Shown one piece after another: positions 24,980 to 37,878 of a DNA stretch of 64,000 nucleotides. The position numbers and the translations under genes were made by a program. Source of the DNA: Eledone cirrhosa. Taxonomy: Eukaryota. Numbering within the stretch: position 1 is the stretch's first letter; every line of letters begins with the position of its first letter. The notes under the pieces were generated by a model. That model had not been told where the DNA came from, made no database searches, and saw only the letters and a program-made list of their open reading frames with translations. The stretch is from positions 105,896,001-105,960,000 of the forward strand of contig OZ024743.1 in assembly GCA_964016885.1 (NCBI GenBank). Reading direction: 5' to 3'.

Positions 24980-26775
24980 TGGAATATAACAAAGGAATAT
25001 GTAAAAAGCCATGGGTCCGAAAAACCATGGTCCGAGAAACCAGAGACAGAGAAGGCGGCTGACCAACTAGCTTCACAGCTAGCCGCCCTCAAATTGCTGG
25101 CAACCGAAAAACTACCAGTGAACATCTGGTAAGGGGGTGCAGTCGTATCATGTACTACCACCACCCGTCAAAGAAGAAAGAAAGAAAGGGGGAAAGAAGT
25201 GTAGTGTAAGGGTCAAAATACATTCATGTTAGAAAATGCCGCGAAAAGAATGCTACCCAAAGAATCTATAGTGGGTGTCTGTATGGTCTAATGTGTGAAC
25301 CGAAGATTGGAACGCTAAACTTATGTTGCGAGTTATAGGATGAAATAAATTAAATTAAGAATATTATATTGCAAAATGGTAAATTGAAAAATAGAAGTAG
25401 CGAGATTTATTTATTTAACGAACTTACGGAGAGAGACTTATATGAAAACAATTTTTTTAACTCGATAAGCCCTTAGGATGGGATATAGAGTAAAGATTTC
25501 GAATGGGTGTCCCAGCCAGCACACCCACCACCATGAGTCAGCCAGTCTCGAGTGGTATCGTCCAGCGATAGAAATGGAAATTAATTTTTCCGAGTACTCT
25601 AGGAACGTAACTAACTTTGGCCCCGGGATCGCTAGCGGGAACCCCACAATTTCGATAGGCCATCGTCTATACCACGAATACAATTAAATCACACATTAGG
25701 GGTTTATTTACGTGTCAATAGAGGCAAGATACAGCTAATAGTTGTGCCCAAACCTGGAGTTTGTAGGTACAGGTATACATAGGCGGCCAAAACAAGCGGC
25801 GCGGTGGGACTGGGGCAGAGCAAGCGACTCCGAGTAATTTCATTTACCGAAAGAGGAGAAATTTATTTTTCCGAGCACTCAAGGAAGGCTGAACTTTCCG
25901 AGTGCCCAGCGCGCAGCCGGGAAAAATCCACCACGCAAGTCAAACAAGGAAAAGTGCAAATAGATCAAAATTATTCTAAATTATTTTAAAGTCCCAGTTA
26001 GTCCGGGTTATAGGTAGTATGGTTCTTAGGTGGGTAGGGGGCTATGAAGGTGCATATAATGACCTGAGTAAGGAAAAGTTACAAAAAAATACCAATACAT
26101 TGATAAAAATACATTAATAAAATAATAGAAAATAATAAAATAATAAAATAAACATTAATGAGATAGTAAAAAATTAATAAAGGTAAATGAGAATCAATAT
26201 AGATCAAGTTGTAGTAAGATAATATAAGTTGTACATATAGATATAGATATAGAGGATAGAGGAGATGGATTGGTAACAGATTGTACCTAGTGTAAAGTTC
26301 GGGTTCCGAATTCAGTGCGAGTCACAAAAGGTCCTGAGGTATAGAGTAGAGAATACAGTCAATACAATACAAGTTTTAGTATAATACGTAGAGTTTTGTC
26401 GGAATCGGAATCCTCCTGACAAGGAAGTAGTATCAGGTGGCGGTAGATAAGGCGCAGAGCAGCCAAAACCCGAATGGCAAGTAGATCAGTTAATCCCATG
26501 CTGGTAATAGCTGTACACTGAAGTCAGTGCCGCTGTTCAATATCACATTTTGAAGTGCTCAACATTATAGGAGCATTATATCTTAAGGTTTGTTGGTTCA
26601 CCACTGGATAGAACTGGTCAATCCGAATGGTCAATCCTGGTGTAATATTGTGAAGAGTACTCAACGCAGTGCAGTTCACCCATCTTCGTTTGTGTAGTTG
26701 GTGGTGCGAATACGGAGTTAATTATAAATGAAGTAACAGGAGGCTGGACTGGTGTAAATCCTTGAAAGGTTTATT

Positions 26776-26833
26776 ATGCTATGATCATTTCAATGACCGA
26801 GTTCCATATGAATCCGGTGATATCGTCGGGTAT
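26776..26833 (-). ncRNA. hammerhead motif with core mutated to CCGACGA
   Basis: Paralog of 24922-24979. Confidence 0.6.
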
Positions 26834-27785
26834 TGGAATATAACAAAGGAATATGTAAAAAGGCATGGGTCCGTGATACCATGGGTCCGAGAAACCAGAG
26901 ACAGAGAAGGCGGCTGACCAACTAGCTTCACAGCCAGCCACCCTCAAAGTGATGGCAACCGAAAAACTACCAGTGAACATCTTGTAAGGGGGCCCAGGCC
27001 TATCATGTACTACCACCACCCGTCAAAGAAGAAGGGGAAGAAAGACAGAAAGGGAGAAGAAGTGTAGTGTAAGGGTCAAAATACATTCATGTTAGAAAAT
27101 GCCGCGAAAAGAATGCTACCCAAAGAATCTATAGTGGGTGTCTGTATGGTCTAATGTGTGAACCGAAGATTGAAACGCTAAACTTATGTTGCGAGTTATA
27201 GGATGAAATAAATTAAATTAAGAATATTATATTGCAACATGGTAAATTGAAAAATAGAAGTAGCGAGATTTATTTATTTAACGAACTTACGGAGAGAGAC
27301 TTATATTAACAATTTTTTTTTTAACTCGATAAGCTATTTGGATGCGATCTATTTTTTAACTCGATAAGCTATTAGGATGGGATATATTTTGCAATATAAT
27401 ATTTTTAATTTAATTTATTTCATCCTATAACTCGCAACATAAGTTTAGCGTTCCAATCTTCGGTTCACACATTTGACCATACAGGCACCCACTATAGATT
27501 CTTTGGGTAGCATTCTTTTCGCGACATTTTCTAACATGAATGTATTTTGACCCTTACACTACACTTCTTTCCCCCTTTCTTTCTTTCTTCTTTGACGGGG
27601 TGGTGGTAGTACATGATAGGCCTGCGCCTCCTTACCAGATGTTCACTGGTAGTTTTTCGGTTGCCAGCAATTTGAGGGCGGCTGGCTGTGGAGCTAGTTG
27701 GTCAGCCGCCTTCTCTGTCTCTGGTTTCTCGGACCCAGGGTTTTTCGGACACATGGTTTTTTCCATATTCCTTTGTTATATTCCA

Positions 27786-27843
27786 ATACCTGATGATATC
27801 ACCGGATTCATATGGAACCCGGTCATTGAAATGATCATAATAT
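27786..27843 (+). ncRNA. hammerhead motif (core intact, stem I mismatch)
   Basis: AUAC CUGAUGA...GAAAU GAUC AUA AUAU. Confidence 0.68.
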
Positions 27844-27889
27844 AATTAACCTTTTAAGGATTTACACCAGTCCAGCCTCCTGTTACTTC

Positions 27890-27929
<40 letters not shown>

Positions 27930-28105
27930 AGAAGCAAACGATTGCTTATTGTGATTGTTTTTGATTAAGAAAGCCAGTTTCATGGATGGTTTCAACGTAC
28001 GGTTAGGGGTAACTCCGCAAGTGTGTAAGAATTCCGTTCAATCTTGGAGTATAAAGTATAAAAGAGAAAACACGGGTAAGCATTAAGAGAAGGATTTTAT
28101 CCAGG

Positions 28106-28207
28106 TATTTACGGCCGTTTCATTGGTAAGTGCAACCTTATATTGCTATACTGCAAATAGCAGCCACTCAATTATAATTGTTGTTCACAGTCCAAATTTT
28201 CAAAATA
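28106..28207 (-). ncRNA. hammerhead motif (U3-A8 core, 75-nt stem II)
   Basis: UAUU UUGAAAA UUUGG...CCAAU GAAAC GGCC GUA AAUA. Confidence 0.65.
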
Positions 28208-28548
28208 GTAAGTTACTCTTGAAATAATTCTTAATATATAGAGAAAAATATTTATTTGGAATTGTATTTACTAGTATAGAGAGAGAGGAATCAGGAGGTG
28301 AGGGGACATACGGCATAGTATAGAGAGAGAGAGGAGGAAGGGGGAAGAGGTAGGAAGTTGAATGACAAACTCAGATGGAGGGAGGGGTAGAGGTGGAAGG
28401 ATTCATTGGTCAGTTTTGATAGCAGACTTCATGTCGTGGAGTGTCGTGAGTTAAAGAGAATAAAATTGATCATAGTGGGAGGGATGGATAGAGAGGGAGA
28501 GATTGACTATCTTACTCCACGGCACCAAATATAGAGGCACACATTAAG

Positions 28549-29162
28549 ATGCTTAACGCTAAAAAGATACATAACAACACCAAAACACAAATTTACAACA
28601 ATAACAATACAAGTACCACCGAACACAACAGAATATCTAATACACAACTACCCGCTAATAGGCAAACAAAACGTAACACACTTGTTCAGGCATCGCAGCC
28701 CACAAATAAGGCCAAAGTTGCCCATGACAAGAACTGTAACTGCCACCTACTTGAAACCTGTCCATTACAAAATGAATGTATGCAGTCTAACCTAGTTTAC
28801 CAATGCACAGTGGAATCAGACAACCAGAAATGGTATTACATCGGAGCAACTGGGAATACATTTAAAGCCCGTTGGTATACACACCGTTACGCAATGAAAC
28901 ATTCCCAGCACCGTTATGTAACCACCCTTGCAAACAAGACCTGGCAACTGAGGGAAAGTAACCATCAATACACCCTGAAGTGGAAACATTATCGAACGCG
29001 CCCCCATATCGGAGTGGTATGAGAAGCTGTCGATTATGCGACCTTCAGCTGTTCCACATCTTAAGTTCGAAGAATAGGTTACTCAACAATAAAATCGAGA
29101 GATCAATTTATTTTAACCATAGACTCAAAGAGAAGTTTTCGCACTACAAATCGAACCATTAA
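28549..29162 (+). pseudogene. PLE GIY-YIG endonuclease fragment (one frameshift)
   Basis: CNC....CPL.NEC..SNLVY.C...YYIGAT..FKARW..H...TTLA...W; PY..G...CRLC. Confidence 0.85.
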
Positions 29163-29731
29163 CCTCTTACTACCAACTTACAAACTGCATATACTTAGAC
29201 TTTATACCCTCTTATATCTAAACCCTTTAATTACCCACAAAACCAATACATATATCCCCCTCTTCTCCCTCATTCCTCTTCTATTTCTTCGTTTTCTTCC
29301 TTCCTTCCCTCCCCTTCTTGGCTATCTTTTCCTTTCTTCTTTCTCACACCCTTCTTTGCTTTTATTTTTGACGTTATTATCTTTATCTTTAATTTATATA
29401 TATATATATATATATCTTTATATCTCCCCTCCCCTCTCTCTCTCCCTCTCTATCCATCCCTCCCACTATGATCAATTTTATTCTCTTTAACTCACTACAT
29501 TCCACGACATGATGTCTGCTATCAAAACTGACCAAAAAATCCTTCCACCTCTACTCCTCCCTCCATCTCAGTTTGTCATTCTACTTCCTACCTCTTCCCC
29601 CTTCCTCCTCTCTCTCTATACTATGCCGTCTGTCCCCTCACTTTCTGATTCCTCTCTCTCTATACTAGTAAATACAATTCCAAATAAATGTTTTTCTCTA
29701 TATATTAAGAATTATTTCAAGTGTAACTTAC

Positions 29732-29833
29732 TATTTTGAAAATGTGGACTGTGAACAACAATTATAATTGAGTGGCAGCTATTTGCAGTATAGCAATATA
29801 AGGTTGCACTTACCAATGAAACGGTCCTAAATA
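29732..29833 (+). ncRNA. hammerhead motif (U3-A8 core, 75-nt stem II), partly decayed
   Basis: UAUU UUGAAAA UGUGG...CCAAU GAAAC GGUC CUA AAUA. Confidence 0.55.
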
Positions 29834-30110
29834 CTTGGATAAAATCCTTCTCTTAATTCTTACCTGTGTTTTCTCTTTTATACTATATATATATATATTT
29901 CGTTTCTGAATTTGTTTAGCAAGATTCTTTATCTGAAATCGTGTGTTGAAACCGATATTGTTATACTTTGGGAGGGTCATGTTGCCAATAAGAAATACAC
30001 ACACCAGTCGTTTCACTTCAATTTATTATAATACATTTACAATAAATTTATAAATTTATAAATTTCTGGTTGGTTGGTTGGTTCCACAACCAGATAGTTG
30101 TTTATATATT

Positions 30111-30153
30111 GTCAGAGTTCTTTAGTCACACACTCTGTGACCTCTTCAGTGAC
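30111..30153 (-). ncRNA. hammerhead motif (GAAA mutated to UAAA)
   Basis: GUCA CUGAAGA GGUCACA GAGUG UGUGAC UAAAG AA CUC UGAC. Confidence 0.6.
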
Positions 30154-30289
30154 TGGGATTCCTCTCATAAACACACACAGACACCCGGATGTGGCGCATG
30201 CACAGACTGAGCACACAACATACACACAGAAACAAAATGGCGTAGGACAGAACAAAGGAGAGGCACAGAAACAAAGAAAGGAATCCCCA

Positions 30290-30332
30290 GTCACTGAAGA
30301 GGTCACAGAGTGTGTGACGAAAGAACTATGAC
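30290..30332 (+). ncRNA. minimal type I hammerhead motif
   Basis: GUCA CUGAAGA GGUCACA GAGUG UGUGAC GAAAG AA CUA UGAC. Confidence 0.75.
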
Positions 30333-30495
30333 AATATATAAACAACTATCTGGTTGTGGAACCAACCAACCAACCAACCAGAAATTTATAAATTTATAAA
30401 TTTATTATAATAAATTGAAGTGAAAGCAACTGATGCGTGTGTTTCTTATTGGCAACATGACCCTCCCAAAGTATAACAATATATATATATATATA

Positions 30496-31716
30496 CAGAG
30501 TGGGGACGGTATTTGAGGACAAATGCCCTTTTAGTTATTATTTTATTTGAATAATTTTTATTGAACTTCTATTTCCAAAAATAGCAATGAAAATAACCGT
30601 GAAATGAAAAGACATGCTGTGATTGTGGCTTTCAAGGCTAAGCAAGGTGATTTAGATATTTCTCATTTTCTAAAGGTTGCAAGATCTTTTGTCCACAAAA
30701 TTCGGTGTGAGAAAGATGGAAGCGTATTACCTGTATCAAAACGTAAAAAATATTCCAAACGCTCTGATTCTATCAGGACACCTGAATTTATTCAGGAAGT
30801 TAAACAAAACATTGATGACAATCCAGGAAAATCATTGAGGTCTATTGCAAAAAATGCTGGTGTGTCAGAAAAAAACAATCAGAAATCTTGTGCATGAAGA
30901 CATCAGATACAAATCTTACGTGATGAGCAGAGGTCAATTCATGTCAGAAAAAACAAGAGAAAACCGTTTAATCAGATGCCAAAGACTTTTGAACAAACTT
31001 AAATATCCATCAGAAGATGGTTTGATTTGGTTTTTCTCGGATGAGCAGGACCAGAAAGCTAACAGAAGAAATGACATGTGGCTATGTGCAGAGTCTTCTG
31101 AGGTTCCAAGAGTAATGCACACAACATTTCCTGCAAGTGTCATGGTTTCGGATGTTGTTAGAATAAAGAACATGTGATGCCTCCTCAAATTTTCCCACAA
31201 GGCCTTAGGGTGAATGATGCTGCGTATATTGAGGTTCTGGATAAAGTTGTTAAGCCTTGGCTCAACAGTATATGCAATGGAAGGCCTTATGTCTTTCAAA
31301 AATATTCTGCACACTCACAAAAGGCTCAAATGACAAAAGAATGGATGGCTGGCAATTTGCATGATCACATCATCCCCAATTCGCCTAATTCTCCAGATCT
31401 CAATCCACTGGACTACTATGTATGGAGCATCATTGATGAAAATGTCAATGAATACTCCATAGTACTAAAGATTCTTTGAAAGCCACAAGGGTTCGAGCCT
31501 GTCCGATATGTACAAGGACAACTTAATCCGCGCTTGTAAATGATTTCGACCCCGCATAGGGGCAGTTATTGATGCTTGTGGTGGTTTTATTGAATAACAT
31601 TTTTAAATTGATAATTTAGCTTTATGTTTATGATATTTTTATAAGAATACAGTTTTTTCTGTTATTAAATAAGCGATTTTTTTAAAACATAAATTTGTCC
31701 TCAAATAAAGTCCACA

Positions 31717-31721
<5 letters not shown>
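30496..31721 (+). mobile_element. decayed Tc1/mariner-superfamily DNA transposon
   Basis: About 29-bp imperfect TIRs (cagagtggggac..atttgaggacaaat / atttgtcctcaaat..gtccacactctg) at TA; transposase remnants WFFSDE, YVFQ..SA.S, NSPDLNPLDYYVW. Confidence 0.92.
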
Positions 31722-31774
<53 letters not shown>

Positions 31775-31779
<5 letters not shown>

Positions 31780-32047
31780 TAAGAGGAATTCCAACTTTGT
31801 CTGATTTACTCGTTTTATTTACAATCCTTTAACATTTATAATGGTATTATAATGAAATAGTATGATAGAATATTAAATTCTAAGTGTTAATTGAACAAGT
31901 ACTTTCATGCTTTCGAAATCTTCAGGTTCATGATATGTGGTGGCAGTCAAGTTTGCAATTTTCAACTGTTGAAAATTGTTCAAATATATTGAAAATTGTT
32001 CAAATAAAACGAGTAAATCAGACAAAGTTGGAATTCCTCTTATTAAT
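31775..32047. mobile_element. miniature inverted-repeat element (about 45-bp arms) with an HHR-like motif in the spacer
   Basis: attaataagaggaattccaactttgtctgatttactcgttttattt and its exact reverse complement. Confidence 0.75.
31892..31930 (-). ncRNA. minimal hammerhead-like motif with weak stem II
   Basis: UGAAC CUGAAGA UUUCGAAAGCAU GAAAG UA CUU GUUCA. Confidence 0.6.
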
Positions 32048-32083
32048 ATAATCTTCTATACACAATCATACACACCCGTGTAT

Positions 32084-32198
<115 letters not shown>

Positions 32199-32238
32199 CA
32201 ACAACAAAGAACGCTTAGAGCATAGGTATATCTTTACT

Positions 32239-32284
32239 TGCTGACAGTGTTTCGTCCACACTATAAGTGGGACTCATCAGAGCA
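32239..32284 (-). ncRNA. type I hammerhead ribozyme motif, canonical core
   Basis: UGCU CUGAUGA GUCC CAC UUAUA GUG U GGAC GAAAC ACU GUC AGCA. Confidence 0.88.
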
Positions 32285-33680
32285 TAAAGAGTGATTACAT
32301 ATTACACAAGCAATAACAAAGCCAAGACAGAAGAATATATATGGGGATGCAATAAGTTGGGAGGGGTTTAAAGAGTAGAGTAAATAGAGTGTAGAAAATA
32401 AAATTGGAGGATAAAGAATAGTGAAAAGTAAAAAAATAAATAATAAACATTGAAGAAATAAAAAATAAACATTGAAAAATAAGCATTGAAAAATAAGAGG
32501 TGCTATCAGTCACAGTTGGGCAGGGTGCTGTTAACAAACAGTTACATACAAGCATACGCATAAGCATGAGCACCCGCATGCAACCACACAATAGGCAGCC
32601 ATATGCAACACATATAGTATAGACTAATACAAATAACATATCATGGACGAGTATGCAAAAGCTAAGAGATAAATGGTGGATATACAATGGGTACAAATAC
32701 AATGGGTAAAAGTAAGATAAACAAAGGATAAAAATAGATTAACGATAGATAAAAAATAGATTAACCATGGATAAGAGATAGAGAATAGATAAGGAATAGA
32801 CAAAAATAGATAAGATAGATAAGAGCAGATAAAAATAGATAAAAAATAGATAAAAATAGATAAAAAATAGACAAATAATATATATAAAAAATATAAAATA
32901 TAAAAAATATATATATAAAATATACAGATAATAAAGATAAAGGGTAAAGAATAAATAAAATAAAATTATATAAAATAAAATAAAATACAATGAAATAAAA
33001 TAAAATAAAGTAAAGTGAGATAAGATATATATTTTTTGAATATATTTCTTGAATATATCAGGGGCACACGAACGCCTTAAGTGTTACAGTTAGCCATATC
33101 ACAACAATCAAATGTTCAAATGAGATTTATAATCAACAGGTGCTATGTCCACACTCGATTGAGTTGACCATTGCAATGCAATGGAAACATCCCAGGTTTG
33201 GCAGTCACAGAAGTTCACACTCGAAAGTCACGGGTGTGCATTCACACAGTTGAGCGGTGGGGCAATCACAAAAGGTTCACACTCGGGCAGGAATCTATTG
33301 GTCAACAGAAGTATATCCACATCACTAGCAAGGACGTATGCAAGGAAGGTAGGTAAATTCACATGCAGCAGCAGGAACATCCATGGGCAGATAACTGAGT
33401 GTCACAACGTCACAAGGTAGCAAGCAAATTCGTTTACATCAACATGAACATCAAGAGGCAGATAAGTGGGCCGAAAGCAAGCAAGTGCAGGTGGGCTAGC
33501 CGAAAGCAAGCAAATACAGTTGGGTTAGGCGGGTTAATATGCATACTCAACAGCGCATATAAAAATAGCTTCAAAAGCCAATATCCATGAAATCACAACA
33601 TTGAGGCATCCCAAGAATATACACAACAATATGGTTAGTACGTATATGCATATACACACACCTCATGCATATATAGAGAC

Positions 33681-33786
<106 letters not shown>

Positions 33787-34876
33787 GACATATACAACCA
33801 CCTACACTCATACACATATAAATGTATATACAGACACACACGCACACACACACAGCGTAGGACACCCGGGTCAAAGCGGATATAATACATAGAAATATCT
33901 TATTAGGCTAACAAAAGGCAGAACCCACAACAGTCGCTCACACTGGTCACAGATAATATATTTTTTTCCCAGCAAAATTAATCAAAATAAATTCTTACGA
34001 GGAGATGCAGCCAAAATTAATCAAAGTAAATTCTTACGAAGAGATGCATGTCCACACGTGTAGTCGCCCGATTCAAGTGTAAACAGACCGTTAATAACTA
34101 CGGAGGGCTATCGGGGCCAAAACGTTATTTTTGGGATAATAACAACGACCGTCAATATATGGAAGGCCGATTGTTTGGCACAGTGGATGTGACCCATCCA
34201 CGCTCGCCTAGCCACCCTTAGTGCATTGGTGGGTCTATCCCAACGTGTATTTTACGGATCTGTACCTCTGTATGCGCATGAGTTATGATGTAATATATCT
34301 ATGTAGAGCGTGTACTGCGCTATAAGTTGCACAAATGGAAATCTAGCCTGTAACTGTGAGCGGACCTGTGCCATCTCGCCGTGAGCAGTAGATACGTAGC
34401 ACATGCACGTGTTACCCTCCTATTCTGTGGTTTAAGATCTACAGGCTGACTGCGGGGAGCTCTTGCCCGGTGTTGTAGTCTTTCTAGCACAATCGGCCTT
34501 CCATATATTGACGGTCGTTGTTATTATCCCAAAAATAACGTTTTGGCCCCGATAGCCCTCCGTAGTTATTAACGGTCTGTTTACACTTGAATCGGGCGAC
34601 TACACGTGTGGACATGCATCTCTTCGTAAGAATTTACTTTGATTAATTTTGGCTGCATCTCCTCGTAAGAATTTATTTTGATTAATTTTGCTGGGAAAAA
34701 AATATATTATCTGTGACCAGTGTGAGCGACTGTTGTGGGTTCTGCCTTTTGTTAGCCTAATAAGATATTTCTATGTATTATATCCGCTTTGACCCGGGTG
34801 TCCTACGCTGTGTGTGTGTGCGTGTGTGTCTGTATATACATTTATATGTGTATGAGTGTAGGTGGTTGTATATGTC

Positions 34877-34932
<56 letters not shown>

Positions 34933-36329
34933 GTCTCTATATATGCATGTGGTGTGTGTATATGCATATACGTACTAACCATATTGTTGTGTATATTCTT
35001 GGGATGCCTCAATGTTGTGATTTCATGGATATTGGCTTTTGAAGCTATTTTTATATGCGCTGTTGAGTATGCATATTAACCCGCCTAACCCAACTGTATT
35101 TGCTTGCTTTCGGCTAGCCCACCTGCACTTGCTTGCTTTCGGCCCACTTATCTGCCTCTTGATGTTCATGTTGATGTAAACGAATTTGCTTGCTACCTTG
35201 TGACGTTGTGACACTCAGTTATCTGCCCATGGATGTTCCTGCTGCTGCATGTGAATTTACCTACCTTCCTTGCATACGTCCTTGCTAGTGATGTGGATAT
35301 ACTTCTGTTGACCAATAGATTCCTGCTCGAGTGTGAACCTTTTGTGATTGCCCCACCGCTCAACTGTGTGAATGCACACCCGTGACTTTCGAGTGTGAAC
35401 TTCTGTGACTGCCAAACCTGGGATGTTTCCATTGCATTGCAATGGTCAACTCAATCGAGTGTGGACATAGCACCTGTTGATTATAAATCTCATTTGAACA
35501 TTTGATTGTTGTGATATGGCTAACTGTAACACTTAAGGCGTTCGTGTGCCCCTGATATATTCAAGAAATATATTCAAAAAATATATATCTTATCTCACTT
35601 TACTTTATTTTATTTTATTTCATTGTATTTTATTTTATTTTATATAATTTTATTTTATTTATTCTTTACCCTTTATCTTTATTATCTGTATATTTTATAT
35701 ATATATTTTTTATATTTTATATTTTTTATATATATTATTTGTCTATTTTTTATCTATTTTTTATCTATTTTTTATCTATTTTTATCTGCTCTTATCTATC
35801 TTATCTATTTTTGTCTATTCCTTATCTATTCTCTATCTCTTATCCATGGTTAATCTATTTTTTATCTATGGTTAATCAATTTTTATCCTTTGTTTATCTT
35901 ACTTTTACCCATTGTATTTGTACCCATTGTATATCCACCATTTATCTCTTAGCTTTTGCATACTCGTCCATGATATGTTATTTGTATTAGTCTATACTAT
36001 ATGTGTTGCATATGGCTGCCTATTGTGTGGTTGCATGCGGGTGCTCATGCTTATGCGTATGCTAGTATGTAGCTGTTTGTTAACAGCACCCTGCCCAACT
36101 GTGACTGATAGCACCTCTTATTTTTCAATGCTTATTTTTCAATGTTTATTTTTTATTTCTTCAATGTTTATTATTTATTTTTTTACTTTTCACTATTCTT
36201 TATCCTCCAATTTTATTTTCTACACTCTATTTACTCTACTCTTTAAACCCCTCCCAACTTATGGCATCCCCATATATATTCTTCTGTCTTGGCTTTGTTA
36301 TTGCTTGTGTAATATGTAATCACTCTTTA

Positions 36330-36375
36330 TGCTCTGATGAGTGCCACTTATAGTGTGGACGAAACACTGTCAGCA
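36330..36375 (+). ncRNA. type I hammerhead ribozyme motif (one stem II substitution)
   Basis: UGCU CUGAUGA GUGC CAC UUAUA GUG U GGAC GAAAC ACU GUC AGCA. Confidence 0.82.
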
Positions 36376-36509
36376 AGTAAAGATATACCTATGCTCTAGG
36401 CGTTCTTTGTTGTTGATTATATTACGGCTCTGTCCTCAGACATCGAGCTAACCTTATACTGCCTATTGGATAAGTGGAGTATTACACACTCCTAATCCCC
36501 TCCCTTATA

Positions 36510-36601
<92 letters not shown>

Positions 36602-36866
36602 GTATATATATATATACATATGTGCGTGTGGGTGAATATATATATATATATATATATTCATATATATGTACACGGGATAACAGATTATTGTTATAGGGAG
36701 TTCACTTAGATGTGTGTAATCCAGTTAGGGTACTCCGAGTATTGGAATCATATGATTCCAGTTCCTCAGTGAAATAACAACCCAACCAGGAACTGGGCAT
36801 ATCAGAGTATTGACAACATTATACACCTCAACAACATATGTAGTTGTCTATACCACACTAATTCGG

Positions 36867-36921
36867 ACTGCCTGAAGAGGTCACAGCGAAAGATGGCTGT
36901 CACCGAAATATATATAGCAGT
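36867..36921 (+). ncRNA. type I hammerhead motif in a roughly 400-bp solo unit (36670-37065) between TA tracts
   Basis: ACUGC CUGAAGA GGU C ACAGC GAAAGAUG GCUGU C ACC GAAAU AUAU AUA GCAGU. Confidence 0.82.
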
Positions 36922-37064
36922 AATAAACGAAGTAAATTTTAAATATTTGACTTATTTATTTTACTTTATTATATATTACTCCGGAGTAACCAAACCAACC
37001 TGAGCATTTCCTCGAGTGCTCCAACTGCATACTGTGGTGTTGGTATACGACCAACATATACTCA

Positions 37065-37139
<75 letters not shown>

Positions 37140-37268
37140 CACACATTTATGAACATATACGTAAGTGCGTATGTGTTGCATCGAACACTAATGGTAATGT
37201 TCTATTTCTTTGTAAACAAACTGCCCGATGTGAAGCTGTGCCGTACTGGTGACCAGTATATATATAAT

Positions 37269-37385
<117 letters not shown>

Positions 37386-37682
37386 ATATAATTAGGATTT
37401 AGCTTCAGGCATAGCCGTATCCAGATACGCATATACATTTCGTAATTCTAAAGAAACACGGTATGTTTACAGGTAAACATTTAGGAAGCCATAGCTATAC
37501 AAACAACACTGGGGTTAACACATTATTGTGGTGTCCAGCAGAAAGAAAGGGGGACAATCCTCGATGCATTTCGGACTTAACTGAACTTGTAAATGAGGTG
37601 ATTAATTCCATACCTGTAAACATACCGTGTTTCTTCAGAACTACTCAATTTCTACACACACACACACACGCCGCACGCATTG

Positions 37683-37803
<121 letters not shown>

Positions 37804-37829
37804 TATGTGTGTGTGTGGGTGTGCATACT

Positions 37830-37878
<49 letters not shown>

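Larger units (their letters stand above)
24727..27893. mobile_element. non-coding HHR element: direct repeats 24727-25443 and 26581-27305 plus inverted partial copy 27384-27893
   Basis: Period 1854 bp; three HHR copies; TA tracts at both ends; no credible ORF. Confidence 0.85.
27925..29885 (+). mobile_element. 5'-truncated Naiad-like PLE with inverted arms 28056-28502 / 29440-29883
   Basis: About 450-bp inverted arms around a GIY-YIG ORF fragment; TA flanks. Confidence 0.87.
29955..30482. mobile_element. non-coding inverted-repeat element, arms 29955-30163 / 30278-30482, one HHR per arm
   Basis: About 205-bp inverted arms with a spacer of about 115 bp. Confidence 0.85.

Noticed and set aside
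24908-25132. 74-aa ORF in the repeated unit
   Set aside because: Antisense to the HHR and disrupted in the second copy.
34175-34488. Spacer of the large palindrome as a captured gene
   Set aside because: No ORF in the track and no recognisable motif in the frame I translated.
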